A stretch of DNA of 64,000 nucleotides, from positions 1,223 through 65,222 of the forward strand of contig CAIKNA010000208.1 of NCBI GenBank assembly GCA_903828645.1, read 5' to 3'. The translations under genes and the position numbers were made by a program. Below, piece after piece: positions 18,627-28,562 of the stretch (within the stretch, counting starts at the first letter, position 1; each line of letters starts with the position of its first letter). Under the pieces are notes generated by a model. It saw nothing but the letters and a program-made list of their open reading frames with translations. It did no database searches and had not been told where the DNA came from. Source of the DNA: an uncultured Bacteroidales bacterium. Lineage in GTDB: Bacteria; Bacteroidota; Bacteroidia; Bacteroidales; FEN-979.

Positions 18627-20495
18627 TTATTCCCGGTCGCTGAGTTCCATCCAGCGGTTGGTCATCTGCTCAATTTCCGGCAAAATCGCCGCCCAACGCT
18701 CGGAACGCTGGGTCAGCACATCGGGCTTAAGGGTCCCCGACTGAAGATCGGCTTCAATCGCCGACTTTTCCGCCTCCAGCCTGGCAATCTCTTTTTCAAG
18801 GGACTCGAGTTCACGTTTTTCCTTGAACGACAACTTATTGGAGACCGGAGGCGCAGGCTTTTGGGCTTCAATATTCCGCACGGTGATGCGTTTCTGCAGT
18901 TGCTCCTTTTTCTTCCGTTCGTCGCTCCATGCCTTGTACTGGGTATAGTTTCCGGGGAAATCCCTGATAACCCCGTCTCCTTCGAATACAAAAAGATGAT
19001 CCACAATCTTGTCAAGAAAGTAGCGGTCGTGGGTTACCACAACCACGCATCCGTTGAACGAGGCGAGATACTCTTCAAGCACATTCAGGGTCAGGATGTC
19101 GAGATCGTTGGTAGGCTCATCCAGGATCAGGAAATTCGGGCTCCGCATCAGGACCGTTATCAGGTAAAGCCTCCGTTTCTCCCCGCCACTCAGTTTGTAA
19201 ACAGACTGAAAATGTGAGGGGTATGGAAACATGAAATAGTTGAGGAAAGCAGCCGCCGTGATGGTGTCGCCATTGCCAAGTTTGACCACTTCGGCAATTT
19301 CCTTTACGACATCGATCACCTTGGTATCTTCATTGAAAACCAGCCCCTGTTGCTTGTAGTAACCGTATTGAATGGTCTCCCCTGTCTGGATATGGCCTTT
19401 TTGGGGCCTGATCCGGCCTGTGATAACATCAAGAAACGTGGATTTGCCCGAGCCGTTTTTCCCAACGATGCCAACCTTTTCGCGGCGTTTGAAGGTATAG
19501 GTGAATCCCTTCAGGATGGCAAGGTCACCCCAGTTGAAATAGACATCGTTGATTTCGAGAATTTTATTCCCCATGCGGGCACCTTCGATGTTGAGGTTCA
19601 TCCGCTCTTCATAAACTTTACTTGAGGCTTTCTCCTGCAAGTCGTAGAAGCTGTCAATACGGGCTTTTGACTTTGTTGTGCGCGCTTTGGGCATGCGCCG
19701 CATCCACTCCTGCTCCGTCCGCATGAGGTTTTGCGCCCGTTCAACCTCTTTATTCTGAATATCAAGACGTTCAGCCTGCTTTTCCAGGAAATAGGAATAA
19801 TTCCCCTTGTATTTGTACACCGCTGCGTTTTCCATTTCAAGCACCTCGTCGCATACCCGGTCGAGAAAATAGCGGTCATGGGTGACCATCAGCAGCGTGA
19901 TGCTGGTTTTCGAGAGGTACTCTTCCAGCCATTCGATCATTTCAACATCAAGGTGGTTGGTAGGCTCATCGAGGATCAGGAAGGTGGGTTCGGTGATCAG
20001 CGCTTTCGCCAGTGCGACACGTTTGCGCTGACCGCCCGAGAGTTCCCTGATGCGCTGGTCGAGATCGGGCAACTTGAGCTGGGTAAGTATTTGCTTTACC
20101 CGTGTTTCGTACTCCCAGCCCTGAATGGCATCCATCTGTTCAATGGCATGCTGTATCTCATTTTTATCCTCCCCTTTGATGACATGTTCATAATTCAGGA
20201 TGGTTTTCTGAATATCATTGGAATGAGAATAGACCTCTTCAAAAACAGTTTTCCCGGGATCAAGGTCTGGCTCCTGCCTGAGATATTCAAACGAATCGCG
20301 GTTAAACATGGTTACCGTTCCGTTGTCGCAAGGTTCAAGCCCGGCGATGATATTGAGCAGGCTGGTTTTCCCGGCGCCGTTTCGTGCGATAAGCGCGACT
20401 TTCTGAGACTGGCTCAGAACAAATGAAATATTTTCAAACAGGTTCTTTTCACCATAGGACCGGGCCAGGTTCTCAACTTGAAGGATTGTAGACAT
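18627..20495 (-). CDS. ABC-F family ATPase (Uup-like)
   Basis: Two ABC cassettes (ARNGAGKT/LSGGQ/LDEPTNHLD and GKNGSGKS/LSGGE/LDEPTNDLD), no TM segments, C-terminal KLSFKEKRELE coiled coil. Start set at ATG 20495, with a TACCTTTG box just upstream. Confidence 0.9.
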   Translation of the reverse strand: MSTILQVENLARSYGEKNLFENISFVLSQSQKVALIARNGAGKTSLLNIIAGLEPCDNGTVTMFNRDSFEYLRQEPDLDPGKTVFEEVYSHSNDIQKTILNYEHVIKGEDKNEIQHAIEQMDAIQGWEYETRVKQILTQLKLPDLDQRIRELSGGQRKRVALAKALITEPTFLILDEPTNHLDVEMIEWLEEYLSKTSITLLMVTHDRYFLDRVCDEVLEMENAAVYKYKGNYSYFLEKQAERLDIQNKEVERAQNLMRTEQEWMRRMPKARTTKSKARIDSFYDLQEKASSKVYEERMNLNIEGARMGNKILEINDVYFNWGDLAILKGFTYTFKRREKVGIVGKNGSGKSTFLDVITGRIRPQKGHIQTGETIQYGYYKQQGLVFNEDTKVIDVVKEIAEVVKLGNGDTITAAAFLNYFMFPYPSHFQSVYKLSGGEKRRLYLITVLMRSPNFLILDEPTNDLDILTLNVLEEYLASFNGCVVVVTHDRYFLDKIVDHLFVFEGDGVIRDFPGNYTQYKAWSDERKKKEQLQKRITVRNIEAQKPAPPVSNKLSFKEKRELESLEKEIARLEAEKSAIEADLQSGTLKPDVLTQRSERWAAILPEIEQMTNRWMELSDRE

Positions 20496-20597
20496 GCATG
20501 ATGTAAATGATTGGCAAAGGTAGTCAATATCACCATAAAAAATTTGACCGTACTGGTTCCGGGAAAACAGAAAATTACTTAAATTTACAAAAAAAAA

Positions 20598-21161
20598 ATG
20601 CCGGTCCACAGCTATTTTGTATTGACAGCATTTACTGTTCTTCTAATGGTTTTCGCCCTGCAGTTCATCAGGATAAGAACTTCCGCTGCAGGATTGTTTG
20701 GAACTCCTACCATAGAAAAACTGCAATTTTATTCGGCCAAAATAGCCCTTTTTACCACCTGGTTTTTATTCATGCTGAAGGCTATCTACCCCGGGAGCGG
20801 ATATCTCAACGTCCCCATCGGTCTTTCGTGGACAGCAGTCGTACTGCTTTATATCGGCACGTTCATTGTTTCAGTCTCCCTTTTTAATCTTGGGAAATCG
20901 TTATTTGTCGGTCTGCCCGTGCAGGAAACCATGTTGCAGACTCATGGCCTTTACCGGATGAGCCGCAATCCTTTGTATGTTGGAGTTCATATTATTGCGA
21001 TCGCATCCTGCCTCTATTTCCCCGATCTGATCAATGTTTCATTTACGATTTTCGGCATTTACGTTCACCATAAAATCATCAAACAGGAAGAGTGCTTTCT
21101 GGCGGATCAATTTGGAAAAGATTGGGTGGTATACAGTGCAAGAGTCAGCAGGTATGTATAA
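20598..21161 (+). CDS. Isoprenylcysteine carboxyl methyltransferase / PEMT-family membrane protein
   Basis: LQTHGLYRMSRNPLYVG, EExFLxxxFGxxWxxY motifs. Confidence 0.85.
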   Translation: MPVHSYFVLTAFTVLLMVFALQFIRIRTSAAGLFGTPTIEKLQFYSAKIALFTTWFLFMLKAIYPGSGYLNVPIGLSWTAVVLLYIGTFIVSVSLFNLGKSLFVGLPVQETMLQTHGLYRMSRNPLYVGVHIIAIASCLYFPDLINVSFTIFGIYVHHKIIKQEECFLADQFGKDWVVYSARVSRYV

Positions 21162-21501
21162 AAAATTCGGATATGCCCTTAACGGGTTGAAAATTGTGTT
21201 AACCACCCAGCAAAATTTCAGGATCCACATGGTTGCGGCGTGCATCGTTGTTACTGCGGGTTTTGTTTCAGGGCTTTCTGCCACTGAATGGTGCATCATC
21301 ACTACGACCATTTTCCTGGTTCTGGCCATGGAAGCAGTGAATACTGCCATTGAAAAACTGGTCGATTTCGTCTCCCCGGCTTTTCATGCCCAGGCCGGTG
21401 CGGTGAAAGACATTTCCGCCGGGGCGGTTCTCTTAACGGCTGTAGGAGCTGTGATAACAGGAATCGTCATATTTTTACCAAGAATATGGCCGGGGGGATG
21501 A
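21154..21501 (+). CDS. dgkA: Diacylglycerol/undecaprenol kinase family protein
   Basis: FGYALNGL, NFRIH, EAVNTAIEKLVD, KDISAGAVL; start at ATG 21154. Confidence 0.88.
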   Translation: MYKKFGYALNGLKIVLTTQQNFRIHMVAACIVVTAGFVSGLSATEWCIITTTIFLVLAMEAVNTAIEKLVDFVSPAFHAQAGAVKDISAGAVLLTAVGAVITGIVIFLPRIWPGG

Positions 21502-21547
21502 GACCGGTCAACAGATCGAACAATAATAAAACCTTAATAATCAAATC

Positions 21548-23638
21548 ATGAGAAAACTATCTTTACTCCTTTTGCTTGCCCTGCTTTCAGGGCTTTATTC
21601 ATGCAAACCACAAGAGAAAAAAACGGCAGAGGCTCCGCTGATTGAAAAACAAGCTGTTGAGCTGAAAAGTGACCTGATGACCCCCGAGGTTTTGTGGAGT
21701 CTGGGCAGGTTAAGTGAACCCGAACTTTCCCCGGACAAACACACACTCTTATACGGAGTCACCTATTACGACATTGCACAGAATAAAGGAAACCGTGAAT
21801 TGTATACGATTGGAACCGACGGGCAGAATCTCAAGCGGGTTACCACTACGAAATTCAGCGAATACCAGGCGATGTGGACCCCCGACGGTAAAAAAATCGT
21901 TTTCATGTCGTCGGAGACGGGTTCCATGCAGGTTTGGGAGATGGCCCCTGACGGGAACAACCGCAAACAGGTGACCAACATTGAAAATGGGATCAACGGG
22001 TTCAAATATTCCCCGGATATGAAGAACCTCCTGTATACTGCCGATGTCGTTCCGGAAAAACAATTCCAGGATCTCTATGCAAATCTTCCCAAGGCCAGCG
22101 GCAGGATTTACAATGACCTGATGTACCGCCACTGGGATACCTGGGTGCAGGCTTACAGCCATATTTTTGTTGCCGGTTTAACCAGCGATAAGATCACAAA
22201 AGGGACCGACATCATGCTGAACGAACCCTTCGAAACCCCGCTGATGCCGTTTGGCGGGATGGAGCAGATCAACTGGAGTCCCGACAGCAAAGTGATTGCC
22301 TATACCTGCCGCAAAAAAAAGGGCGTTGAATATGCAAAATCCACTAATTCCGACATCTATCTTTATGAACTGGCAGGTGGAAAAACCACCAATATCAGCG
22401 AGGGCATGATGGGCTATGATGTTGCGCCCGGATTTTCGCCGGATGGGAAAAAGATCGCCTGGCAAAGTATGGAACGGGATGGCTATGAGTCGGATAAAAA
22501 CCGGCTGATTGTTTACGATGTTGATTCGAAAACAAAGGTTGATTTTACCAAAGATTTTGATCAGAATGCAGAAAGCCTTGCCTGGACCGACGACAGCAAG
22601 TCAATCTATTTCATCAGCGACTACCATGCTACAGATGAAATTTACCGGCTTGACCTTGCCGATGGCAGGATTTCCAAAATCACTGCAGGAATTCACGACT
22701 ATACCGGTGTAATCCCTGCAGGCGACAAGTTGATTGCATCACGGATGTCGATGTCGATGCCGGTAGAACTTTATTCGGTAAACCCGGCTACAGGCAAAGA
22801 CACACCCCTCACGACGACCAACAAGGATGTACTCGATAAACTTGCCCTGGCACGCATCGAACAACGGTGGATAAAAACGACCGACAACCAGGAGATGCAC
22901 ACATGGATTATTTATCCACCCCATTTTGATTCTACAAAGAAATACCCGACCCTGCTATATTGTGAAGGGGGGCCTCAGAGTACTGTGAGCCAGTTCTGGT
23001 CGTTTCGGTGGAATTTCCAGATGATGGCGGCCAACGGCTACATCATCGTAGCGCCAAACCGCAGGGGGCTGCCCGGTTTCGGGCATGCCTGGAACGAACA
23101 AATCAGTGGCGATTATGGCGGCCAGAATATGAAAGACTATTTAAGCGCCATCGACGCCCTGACCAAAGAACCTTATGTAAACAAGGATAAGCTTGGCTGC
23201 ATTGGCGCCAGCTACGGAGGATTTTCGGTCTACTGGCTGGCCGGCAATCACAATAAACGTTTCAAGGCTTTTATTGCCCACGATGGCATGTTCAATCTTG
23301 AAGCACAGTACCTTGAAACTGAAGAGATGTGGTTTGTAAACTGGGATCTCGGGGGGCCATACTGGGACAAAAACAATAAAATTGCGCAACGGTCATTTGC
23401 AAATTCTCCTCACCGGTTTGTCCAGAACTGGGATACCCCTATCCTCTGCATCCACGGCGAACTTGACTACCGGATCGTGGCCACACAGGGCATGCAGGCA
23501 TTCAATGCCGCTATCCTGCGCGGAATTCCTGCCGAATTTCTCTATTTCCCGGATGAAAACCATTGGGTGTTGAAACCACAAAATGGCATATTATGGCAAC
23601 GGACATTCTATAACTGGCTTGATAAATGGCTGAAATAA
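21548..23638 (+). CDS. S9-family peptidase (dipeptidyl peptidase 5-like) lipoprotein
   Basis: Lipobox LYSC; PD40-type propeller; GASYGG nucleophile, GELDYRI, DENHW catalytic motifs. Confidence 0.92.
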   Translation: MRKLSLLLLLALLSGLYSCKPQEKKTAEAPLIEKQAVELKSDLMTPEVLWSLGRLSEPELSPDKHTLLYGVTYYDIAQNKGNRELYTIGTDGQNLKRVTTTKFSEYQAMWTPDGKKIVFMSSETGSMQVWEMAPDGNNRKQVTNIENGINGFKYSPDMKNLLYTADVVPEKQFQDLYANLPKASGRIYNDLMYRHWDTWVQAYSHIFVAGLTSDKITKGTDIMLNEPFETPLMPFGGMEQINWSPDSKVIAYTCRKKKGVEYAKSTNSDIYLYELAGGKTTNISEGMMGYDVAPGFSPDGKKIAWQSMERDGYESDKNRLIVYDVDSKTKVDFTKDFDQNAESLAWTDDSKSIYFISDYHATDEIYRLDLADGRISKITAGIHDYTGVIPAGDKLIASRMSMSMPVELYSVNPATGKDTPLTTTNKDVLDKLALARIEQRWIKTTDNQEMHTWIIYPPHFDSTKKYPTLLYCEGGPQSTVSQFWSFRWNFQMMAANGYIIVAPNRRGLPGFGHAWNEQISGDYGGQNMKDYLSAIDALTKEPYVNKDKLGCIGASYGGFSVYWLAGNHNKRFKAFIAHDGMFNLEAQYLETEEMWFVNWDLGGPYWDKNNKIAQRSFANSPHRFVQNWDTPILCIHGELDYRIVATQGMQAFNAAILRGIPAEFLYFPDENHWVLKPQNGILWQRTFYNWLDKWLK

Positions 23639-23645
23639 CGGCAGC

Positions 23646-24419
23646 ATGAAGGAGCTGATCAAAGAGGCCGCCCTTATCCTGAAACGTTCACGATTCACAA
23701 CAGCCTTTACGGGAGCGGGAATCTCGGTTGAAAGCGGGATTCCCTCCTTCCGGGGCAGCGGGGGATTGTGGGAAAAGTACGACCCGGGTGTGCTTGACCT
23801 GCAGCATTTCATGCATGACCCTGCCGGTTCATGGGTGGTCATCAAGGAGATTTTTTATGACTTTTTTGGCATGGCAAAGCCCAACAAGGCTCACCTGGTC
23901 CTTGCCCGGATGGAGAAGGAAGGGCTGCTGGGGAGAATCGTCACCCAGAATATTGACAACCTTCACCAGGAAGCGGGATCGTTACTTCTCTCAGAGTTCC
24001 ATGGGAATTCAAAAAAACTGAAATGTCTTCAATGTCATCGCGAGTATCACCCCGGGCAGATCAGCCTCGACCATTTCCCGCCGACCTGCGTGGAATGCGG
24101 CGGAATCCTGAAACCCGGTTTTGTTTTCTTCGGGGAGGGAATTCCGCAGGTACCGCTTGCGGAGGCGTATGAAGCAGCATCCATCTCGGATGTATTTCTG
24201 ATTATCGGTACAACAGGTGAGGTAATGCCAGCCAACCAGATACCATTTATGGCAAAAGAGTACGGGGCTGTCATCATAGAAGTGAACCCCGAACCATCAA
24301 ATTACACGGATAAAATCACGGATATTTTCCTGCAGGGCAAAGCAACCGTTGTGATGGAACAACTGGAGAGGCAACTATTTCCCGCGGCCCTGGATGATGA
24401 TCAGGATGGTATAAATTAA
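23646..24419 (+). CDS. cobB: NAD-dependent deacylase (sirtuin)
   Basis: TGAGISVESGIPSFRG, TQNIDNLH, FHG, two CxxC Zn motifs, IGTTG. Confidence 0.92.
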   Translation: MKELIKEAALILKRSRFTTAFTGAGISVESGIPSFRGSGGLWEKYDPGVLDLQHFMHDPAGSWVVIKEIFYDFFGMAKPNKAHLVLARMEKEGLLGRIVTQNIDNLHQEAGSLLLSEFHGNSKKLKCLQCHREYHPGQISLDHFPPTCVECGGILKPGFVFFGEGIPQVPLAEAYEAASISDVFLIIGTTGEVMPANQIPFMAKEYGAVIIEVNPEPSNYTDKITDIFLQGKATVVMEQLERQLFPAALDDDQDGIN

Positions 24420-25790
24420 TATCTTGAAATCCATTGCCAGCGACATGTTCTCGATGTATAGGATGTCAAATTTCAGGCGTTCGACCATCTGGTCCAGGTT
24501 TTCCGCATAGCCGTATTTAACCTGGCCCCATGAAGTAATTCCGGGTTTGACTTTATGCAGCAACCTGTAATGGGGCGCCCGCTGGGTAATGAGATCGATG
24601 TAAAACTGGCGCTCAGGCCGTGGCCCTACCAGGCTCATATCGCCTTTAAGCACTGTGTAAAACTGGGGTATCTCGTCCACCCTGAATTGCCTGAGAAATT
24701 TGCCGAACCGGGTGATCCGGGGATCATTTCTGGACGACAACTGAGGGCCACTCTCTTCGGCATCCTTGTACATCGTCCTGAATTTATGCATTTTAAATGG
24801 TTTGCCTTTGATCCCGACACGTTCCTGCGAGAAGAAAACCGGGCCAGATGAGGTCACTTTGATGATAATTGCGGTAATGATCATCATTGGGGTGAGCACG
24901 ATCAGGCAGATGATTGAAATGACGAGGTCGAGGATGCGTTTGAGCGACATCTGCCAGTCGGGCATGAGGTCGGGGTAAATCTGAATGAGTGGGGCGTGGA
25001 AAATGGAAGTTGTTTTAACCGAGCCCATGAGAATGTCCTGCATTGCCGGAATGATTTTAATCACCACATCTGTGTCTTCGAGCTGTGTGATGATATTTTC
25101 GATGGTGTGGTTTTCTGAGTGTTCAATTGCAATGATCACCTCCTCGATATTCAGCTCCTTCACAAACCTGTTCAGGTCCTGAAGTCCGCCGAGATGGGGG
25201 ATCGACTCTGCTAATTTATATTTGCTGTATCCTTCAACATTGATGAAGCCTACAAATTTGTTTCCTGACGACTTTTCCTGGTTTTCAATCTCTTCGTAAA
25301 TCGAAACAGCATTCCCGTTGCTCCCGATGATAATGGTGTTGAACCCGATGAGTTTGGAGTGGATTTTATAGGCTGTGCGTGAAGTAAGGAGAAACCGGAA
25401 AGATGCTGTAAAAAAAAGATGAAACATCAGGAGGATAAAAAAGAACTCAATGTAGGTGTGCTGATTGATGATGACATCATCAAGGATCAGTGTGAAAAAC
25501 AGGATCGTAACCCCGATAAAGGTTATGAGGATTGTCTGGGCAAATTCACGGAGCCTGGCTTTTCTGAAAATTTTACGGTAGGTTCCGATCAGCGTATAAA
25601 GCATCAACCAGAAAAACGGGATGATGGTAACGCCGTAATAAAGTTTCCTGTCGAGAAGGATGTCATCGAGATGTCTGAAAATCTGGTGATCTACCGCGTA
25701 TTTCCGGTAAACAAAGAACAACGTCCAGGCGATAAAAGCCGCCAGAAAATCTGCGGCAATATATTTAATAACCTGTAACCGTTTATTCAT
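24375..25790 (-). CDS. Polyprenyl glycosylphosphotransferase (bacterial sugar transferase)
   Basis: N-terminal TMs; KRILD, KFRTM, DPRITRFG, DEIPQ, GDMSLVGPRPE, KPGITSWGQ. Confidence 0.92.
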   Translation of the reverse strand: MNKRLQVIKYIAADFLAAFIAWTLFFVYRKYAVDHQIFRHLDDILLDRKLYYGVTIIPFFWLMLYTLIGTYRKIFRKARLREFAQTILITFIGVTILFFTLILDDVIINQHTYIEFFFILLMFHLFFTASFRFLLTSRTAYKIHSKLIGFNTIIIGSNGNAVSIYEEIENQEKSSGNKFVGFINVEGYSKYKLAESIPHLGGLQDLNRFVKELNIEEVIIAIEHSENHTIENIITQLEDTDVVIKIIPAMQDILMGSVKTTSIFHAPLIQIYPDLMPDWQMSLKRILDLVISIICLIVLTPMMIITAIIIKVTSSGPVFFSQERVGIKGKPFKMHKFRTMYKDAEESGPQLSSRNDPRITRFGKFLRQFRVDEIPQFYTVLKGDMSLVGPRPERQFYIDLITQRAPHYRLLHKVKPGITSWGQVKYGYAENLDQMVERLKFDILYIENMSLAMDFKILIYTILIIIQGRGK

Positions 25791-25825
25791 AATTCAGCTA
25801 TTCTGATTCTTAATTTGACCGCATG

Positions 25826-26710
25826 CTAATTCGATTTGCGGGTTACTGTTTTGAAATTATCAAAAAGGATAAGGGATTTTGCCAATCCAGTCTCTTTCAG
25901 GGCACTCATATACACGCGATAGGTGGTCATCCCCGTATATGCATACAGGGTGGTGGAGAGATCGATGTAAATTTTCTTCCACAACCCATTGGTCGGCCGA
26001 AGGTAGAGTACCGGGGTTTGGTAAAGTGTAGTGCTCCCATAAGTAAAAACGCCGATTGCAAGGGTGTTGGTGGTGTTAAAATTCATCTCCAGAAACACGG
26101 GAGCAGAGGGAATAACATATTCCTGGTGTGTCTCACATTCAAAAAAATCGTGTGCTGAATCCAGGACAACCATGCCTGAGTGACCGCCTTCAAAAGTAAG
26201 CGGTGAACCAGGTGAACTTCGTTGTATGAAGGCGCTGCTTCCACTGGTCGTATCAAGGGTAAGAGATACATTCTCGAAATCCTCTTTCCATACGAACAGG
26301 GCGGTAGACTGGTAGGTTGTTTTTAAAACGCCGGCTTTGGTCGTGCTGTCAGGTGTAAGGGTGATCTGCCTGGTGACCGGCTTGTAAAATTCATACGTCT
26401 GGCGGGTAGCTGCAATTCCATCCTTCTTGATGCCCGGCCATACCTTCAATGTATGCTTCCCTGATTTTAATACCGGGAACCTGGCCGGAAGTTCAAAAGC
26501 TCCCAGGAATTCATCATCCACGTATACCCATGCATCGGTAATGTGTTGTGATGCTGTGCCCTCGGAGACATAATCGGTGGTGATGTAAATGGAATCGACA
26601 GTAAGGTAAGCAGGGATGCTCTGATCGCCGGAAAATTTTTCACAGGAAGATGCGACAATGAACAGGATGCTTAAAAGACAGAAATAGCGAAAAAATTTCC
26701 TGTAAATCAT
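25826..26710 (-). CDS. Hypothetical lipoprotein
   Basis: Lipobox ASSC after ATG 26710; long ORF in operon orientation. Confidence 0.7.
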   Translation of the reverse strand: MIYRKFFRYFCLLSILFIVASSCEKFSGDQSIPAYLTVDSIYITTDYVSEGTASQHITDAWVYVDDEFLGAFELPARFPVLKSGKHTLKVWPGIKKDGIAATRQTYEFYKPVTRQITLTPDSTTKAGVLKTTYQSTALFVWKEDFENVSLTLDTTSGSSAFIQRSSPGSPLTFEGGHSGMVVLDSAHDFFECETHQEYVIPSAPVFLEMNFNTTNTLAIGVFTYGSTTLYQTPVLYLRPTNGLWKKIYIDLSTTLYAYTGMTTYRVYMSALKETGLAKSLILFDNFKTVTRKSN

Positions 26711-26816
26711 ATTGTCATAAAAGTTGAAATCACGGCTTCCTCTTATAGATAACGGCCGGTTATTGCTGATATTGTTCACAAAAACATAAAAGTAATGAAC
26801 AGGAACCAACAAGGAA

Positions 26817-27803
26817 TCAGACCATGTTCGCTGCGTTCAGATTTATCTTTTCAATGATTTTGTAAGCAACTTCCAGCGCACTGTAACCGTCGTTTATTGT
26901 GACCATGGGAATGGTATTGTTGGTGATTGCCGCATTGAAACTTTCCAGTTCAGCTTTGATGGCATTCAGTGGTTTGATTTCAGGCTTTTCGAAATTAATC
27001 TGTTTTGAACCGCGACCGGGTCCCAGTTCAAGGATAAATCCCAAAGGGGGGGAGTCGGTACTCACATCATTGATCTTTACAACCTCAAGTTCCTTTTTCA
27101 GAAAATCAACTGAAATATAAGCATCTCTCTGGAAGAACCTGGATTTCCGCATGTTTTTCAAGGAGATTCGGCTTGCGGTCAGGTTTGCCACACACCCGTT
27201 GTCGAATTCGATCCTGGCATTGGCGATATCAGGCGTATCACTTACAACCGCCACCCCGCTGGCACTGATTTTTTTAATATTGCTTTTAACAACACTAAGT
27301 ACGATATCGATGTCGTGGATCATCAGGTCAAGAATGACAGGGACATCTGTTCCCCGCGGATTGAACTGGGCAAGACGGTGACTTTCGATGAACATGGGCC
27401 GGTCGAATGCAGCTTCGGCAGCAAGAAAAGCGGGGTTGAAACGTTCGACATGGCCAACCTGCACTTTAACATTTGCTTCCCGCGCAATCTTGATCAATTC
27501 GCGGGCCTCTTCCAGGGTTGTAACGATCGGTTTTTCAATAAAGACGTGCCGGCATTTTTTCAAAGCCCTTGAGGCACATTCAAAATGTGAAATCGTAGGT
27601 GTGACAATGTCAACAACATCAACAGCATCTATCAGGTCATCCAGGGATGTCCATTTTTTTACACCAAATTCCTGTTCGATTTTTTCAGCATTGGCTTCAT
27701 CCGGATCATAAAATCCGACAAGGTCAAATTCAGGTATTTCCTTGATGCATTTCAGGTGAATTTTACCAAGATGCCCGGCTCCCAGCACTCCGATTTTCAG
27801 CAT
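26817..27803 (-). CDS. Gfo/Idh/MocA-family oxidoreductase
   Basis: GAGHLG, FIEKP, VGHVERFNPA, DLMIHDID. Confidence 0.92.
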   Translation of the reverse strand: MLKIGVLGAGHLGKIHLKCIKEIPEFDLVGFYDPDEANAEKIEQEFGVKKWTSLDDLIDAVDVVDIVTPTISHFECASRALKKCRHVFIEKPIVTTLEEARELIKIAREANVKVQVGHVERFNPAFLAAEAAFDRPMFIESHRLAQFNPRGTDVPVILDLMIHDIDIVLSVVKSNIKKISASGVAVVSDTPDIANARIEFDNGCVANLTASRISLKNMRKSRFFQRDAYISVDFLKKELEVVKINDVSTDSPPLGFILELGPGRGSKQINFEKPEIKPLNAIKAELESFNAAITNNTIPMVTINDGYSALEVAYKIIEKINLNAANMV

Positions 27804-27882
27804 TTTATTTTTTTTTACAAAGGTAGGTTTTTACCCTGACTGAATTTAGTATTTTCGTGAAAAATTTAACACCCCAAAAGAG

Positions 27883-28551
27883 ATGGCAATCGCTAAACCG
27901 GCTGACTCATACCGGCATCAGGGACTGAGGAAGTTGCTGGTTCAAAATATCAGGGCAAAGGGAATTTCGGATGTGCAGGTTCTTGCAGCCCTGGAAACGG
28001 TACCGCGTCATTTCTTTTTCGATTCCTCCTTCCTGGAATATGCTTACGAAGACAAGCCATTCCCGATCGGGGCCGGCCAGACCATTTCGCAACCCTACAC
28101 CGTCGCATTTCAAACAGAATTGCTGCAGATCAGGAGAAACGACAAAGTACTTGAAATCGGAACCGGATCAGGTTACCAGGCGTGCATCCTCGCCGAACTC
28201 GGGGCAAAGGTCTTCTCGGTTGAACGTCAGAAAACCTTGTTTGACCGGACCAGCAAATTCCTGCCCGTGGTTGGCTACCCATCCATTAAAACCTTCTTCG
28301 GCGACGGGTATAAGGGACTTCCCGCTTATGCCCCTTTTGATAAAATGATTGTAACCGCTGCCGCACCTTATGTTCCGGATGCGCTGCTGGATCAACTCAA
28401 ACCCGGCGGTATCCTGGTAATTCCCGTAGGCGCCAACGAGGTGCAAATCATGACCACTTTTACAAAAAATCCGGACAACACCTTCGCAAAAAAAGAGTAC
28501 GGAGCTTTCCGCTTTGTGCCCATGCTTGAAGACAAAGCAAAAGAATTATGA
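27883..28551 (+). CDS. pcm: Protein-L-isoaspartate O-methyltransferase
   Basis: VPRHFF, QTISQP, VLEIGTGSGYQA, GDGYKG, FVPML. Confidence 0.95.
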   Translation: MAIAKPADSYRHQGLRKLLVQNIRAKGISDVQVLAALETVPRHFFFDSSFLEYAYEDKPFPIGAGQTISQPYTVAFQTELLQIRRNDKVLEIGTGSGYQACILAELGAKVFSVERQKTLFDRTSKFLPVVGYPSIKTFFGDGYKGLPAYAPFDKMIVTAAAPYVPDALLDQLKPGGILVIPVGANEVQIMTTFTKNPDNTFAKKEYGAFRFVPMLEDKAKEL

Positions 28552-28562
28552 ATTTCCCGGCT

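Noticed and set aside
19731-20426. 231-aa ORF on the plus strand
   Set aside because: Antisense shadow of the ABC-F gene.
23646-24419. Sirtuin as an anti-phage (Thoeris/DSR-type) effector
   Set aside because: It is a canonical Zn-binding CobB-type deacylase in a housekeeping context with no defence partners.
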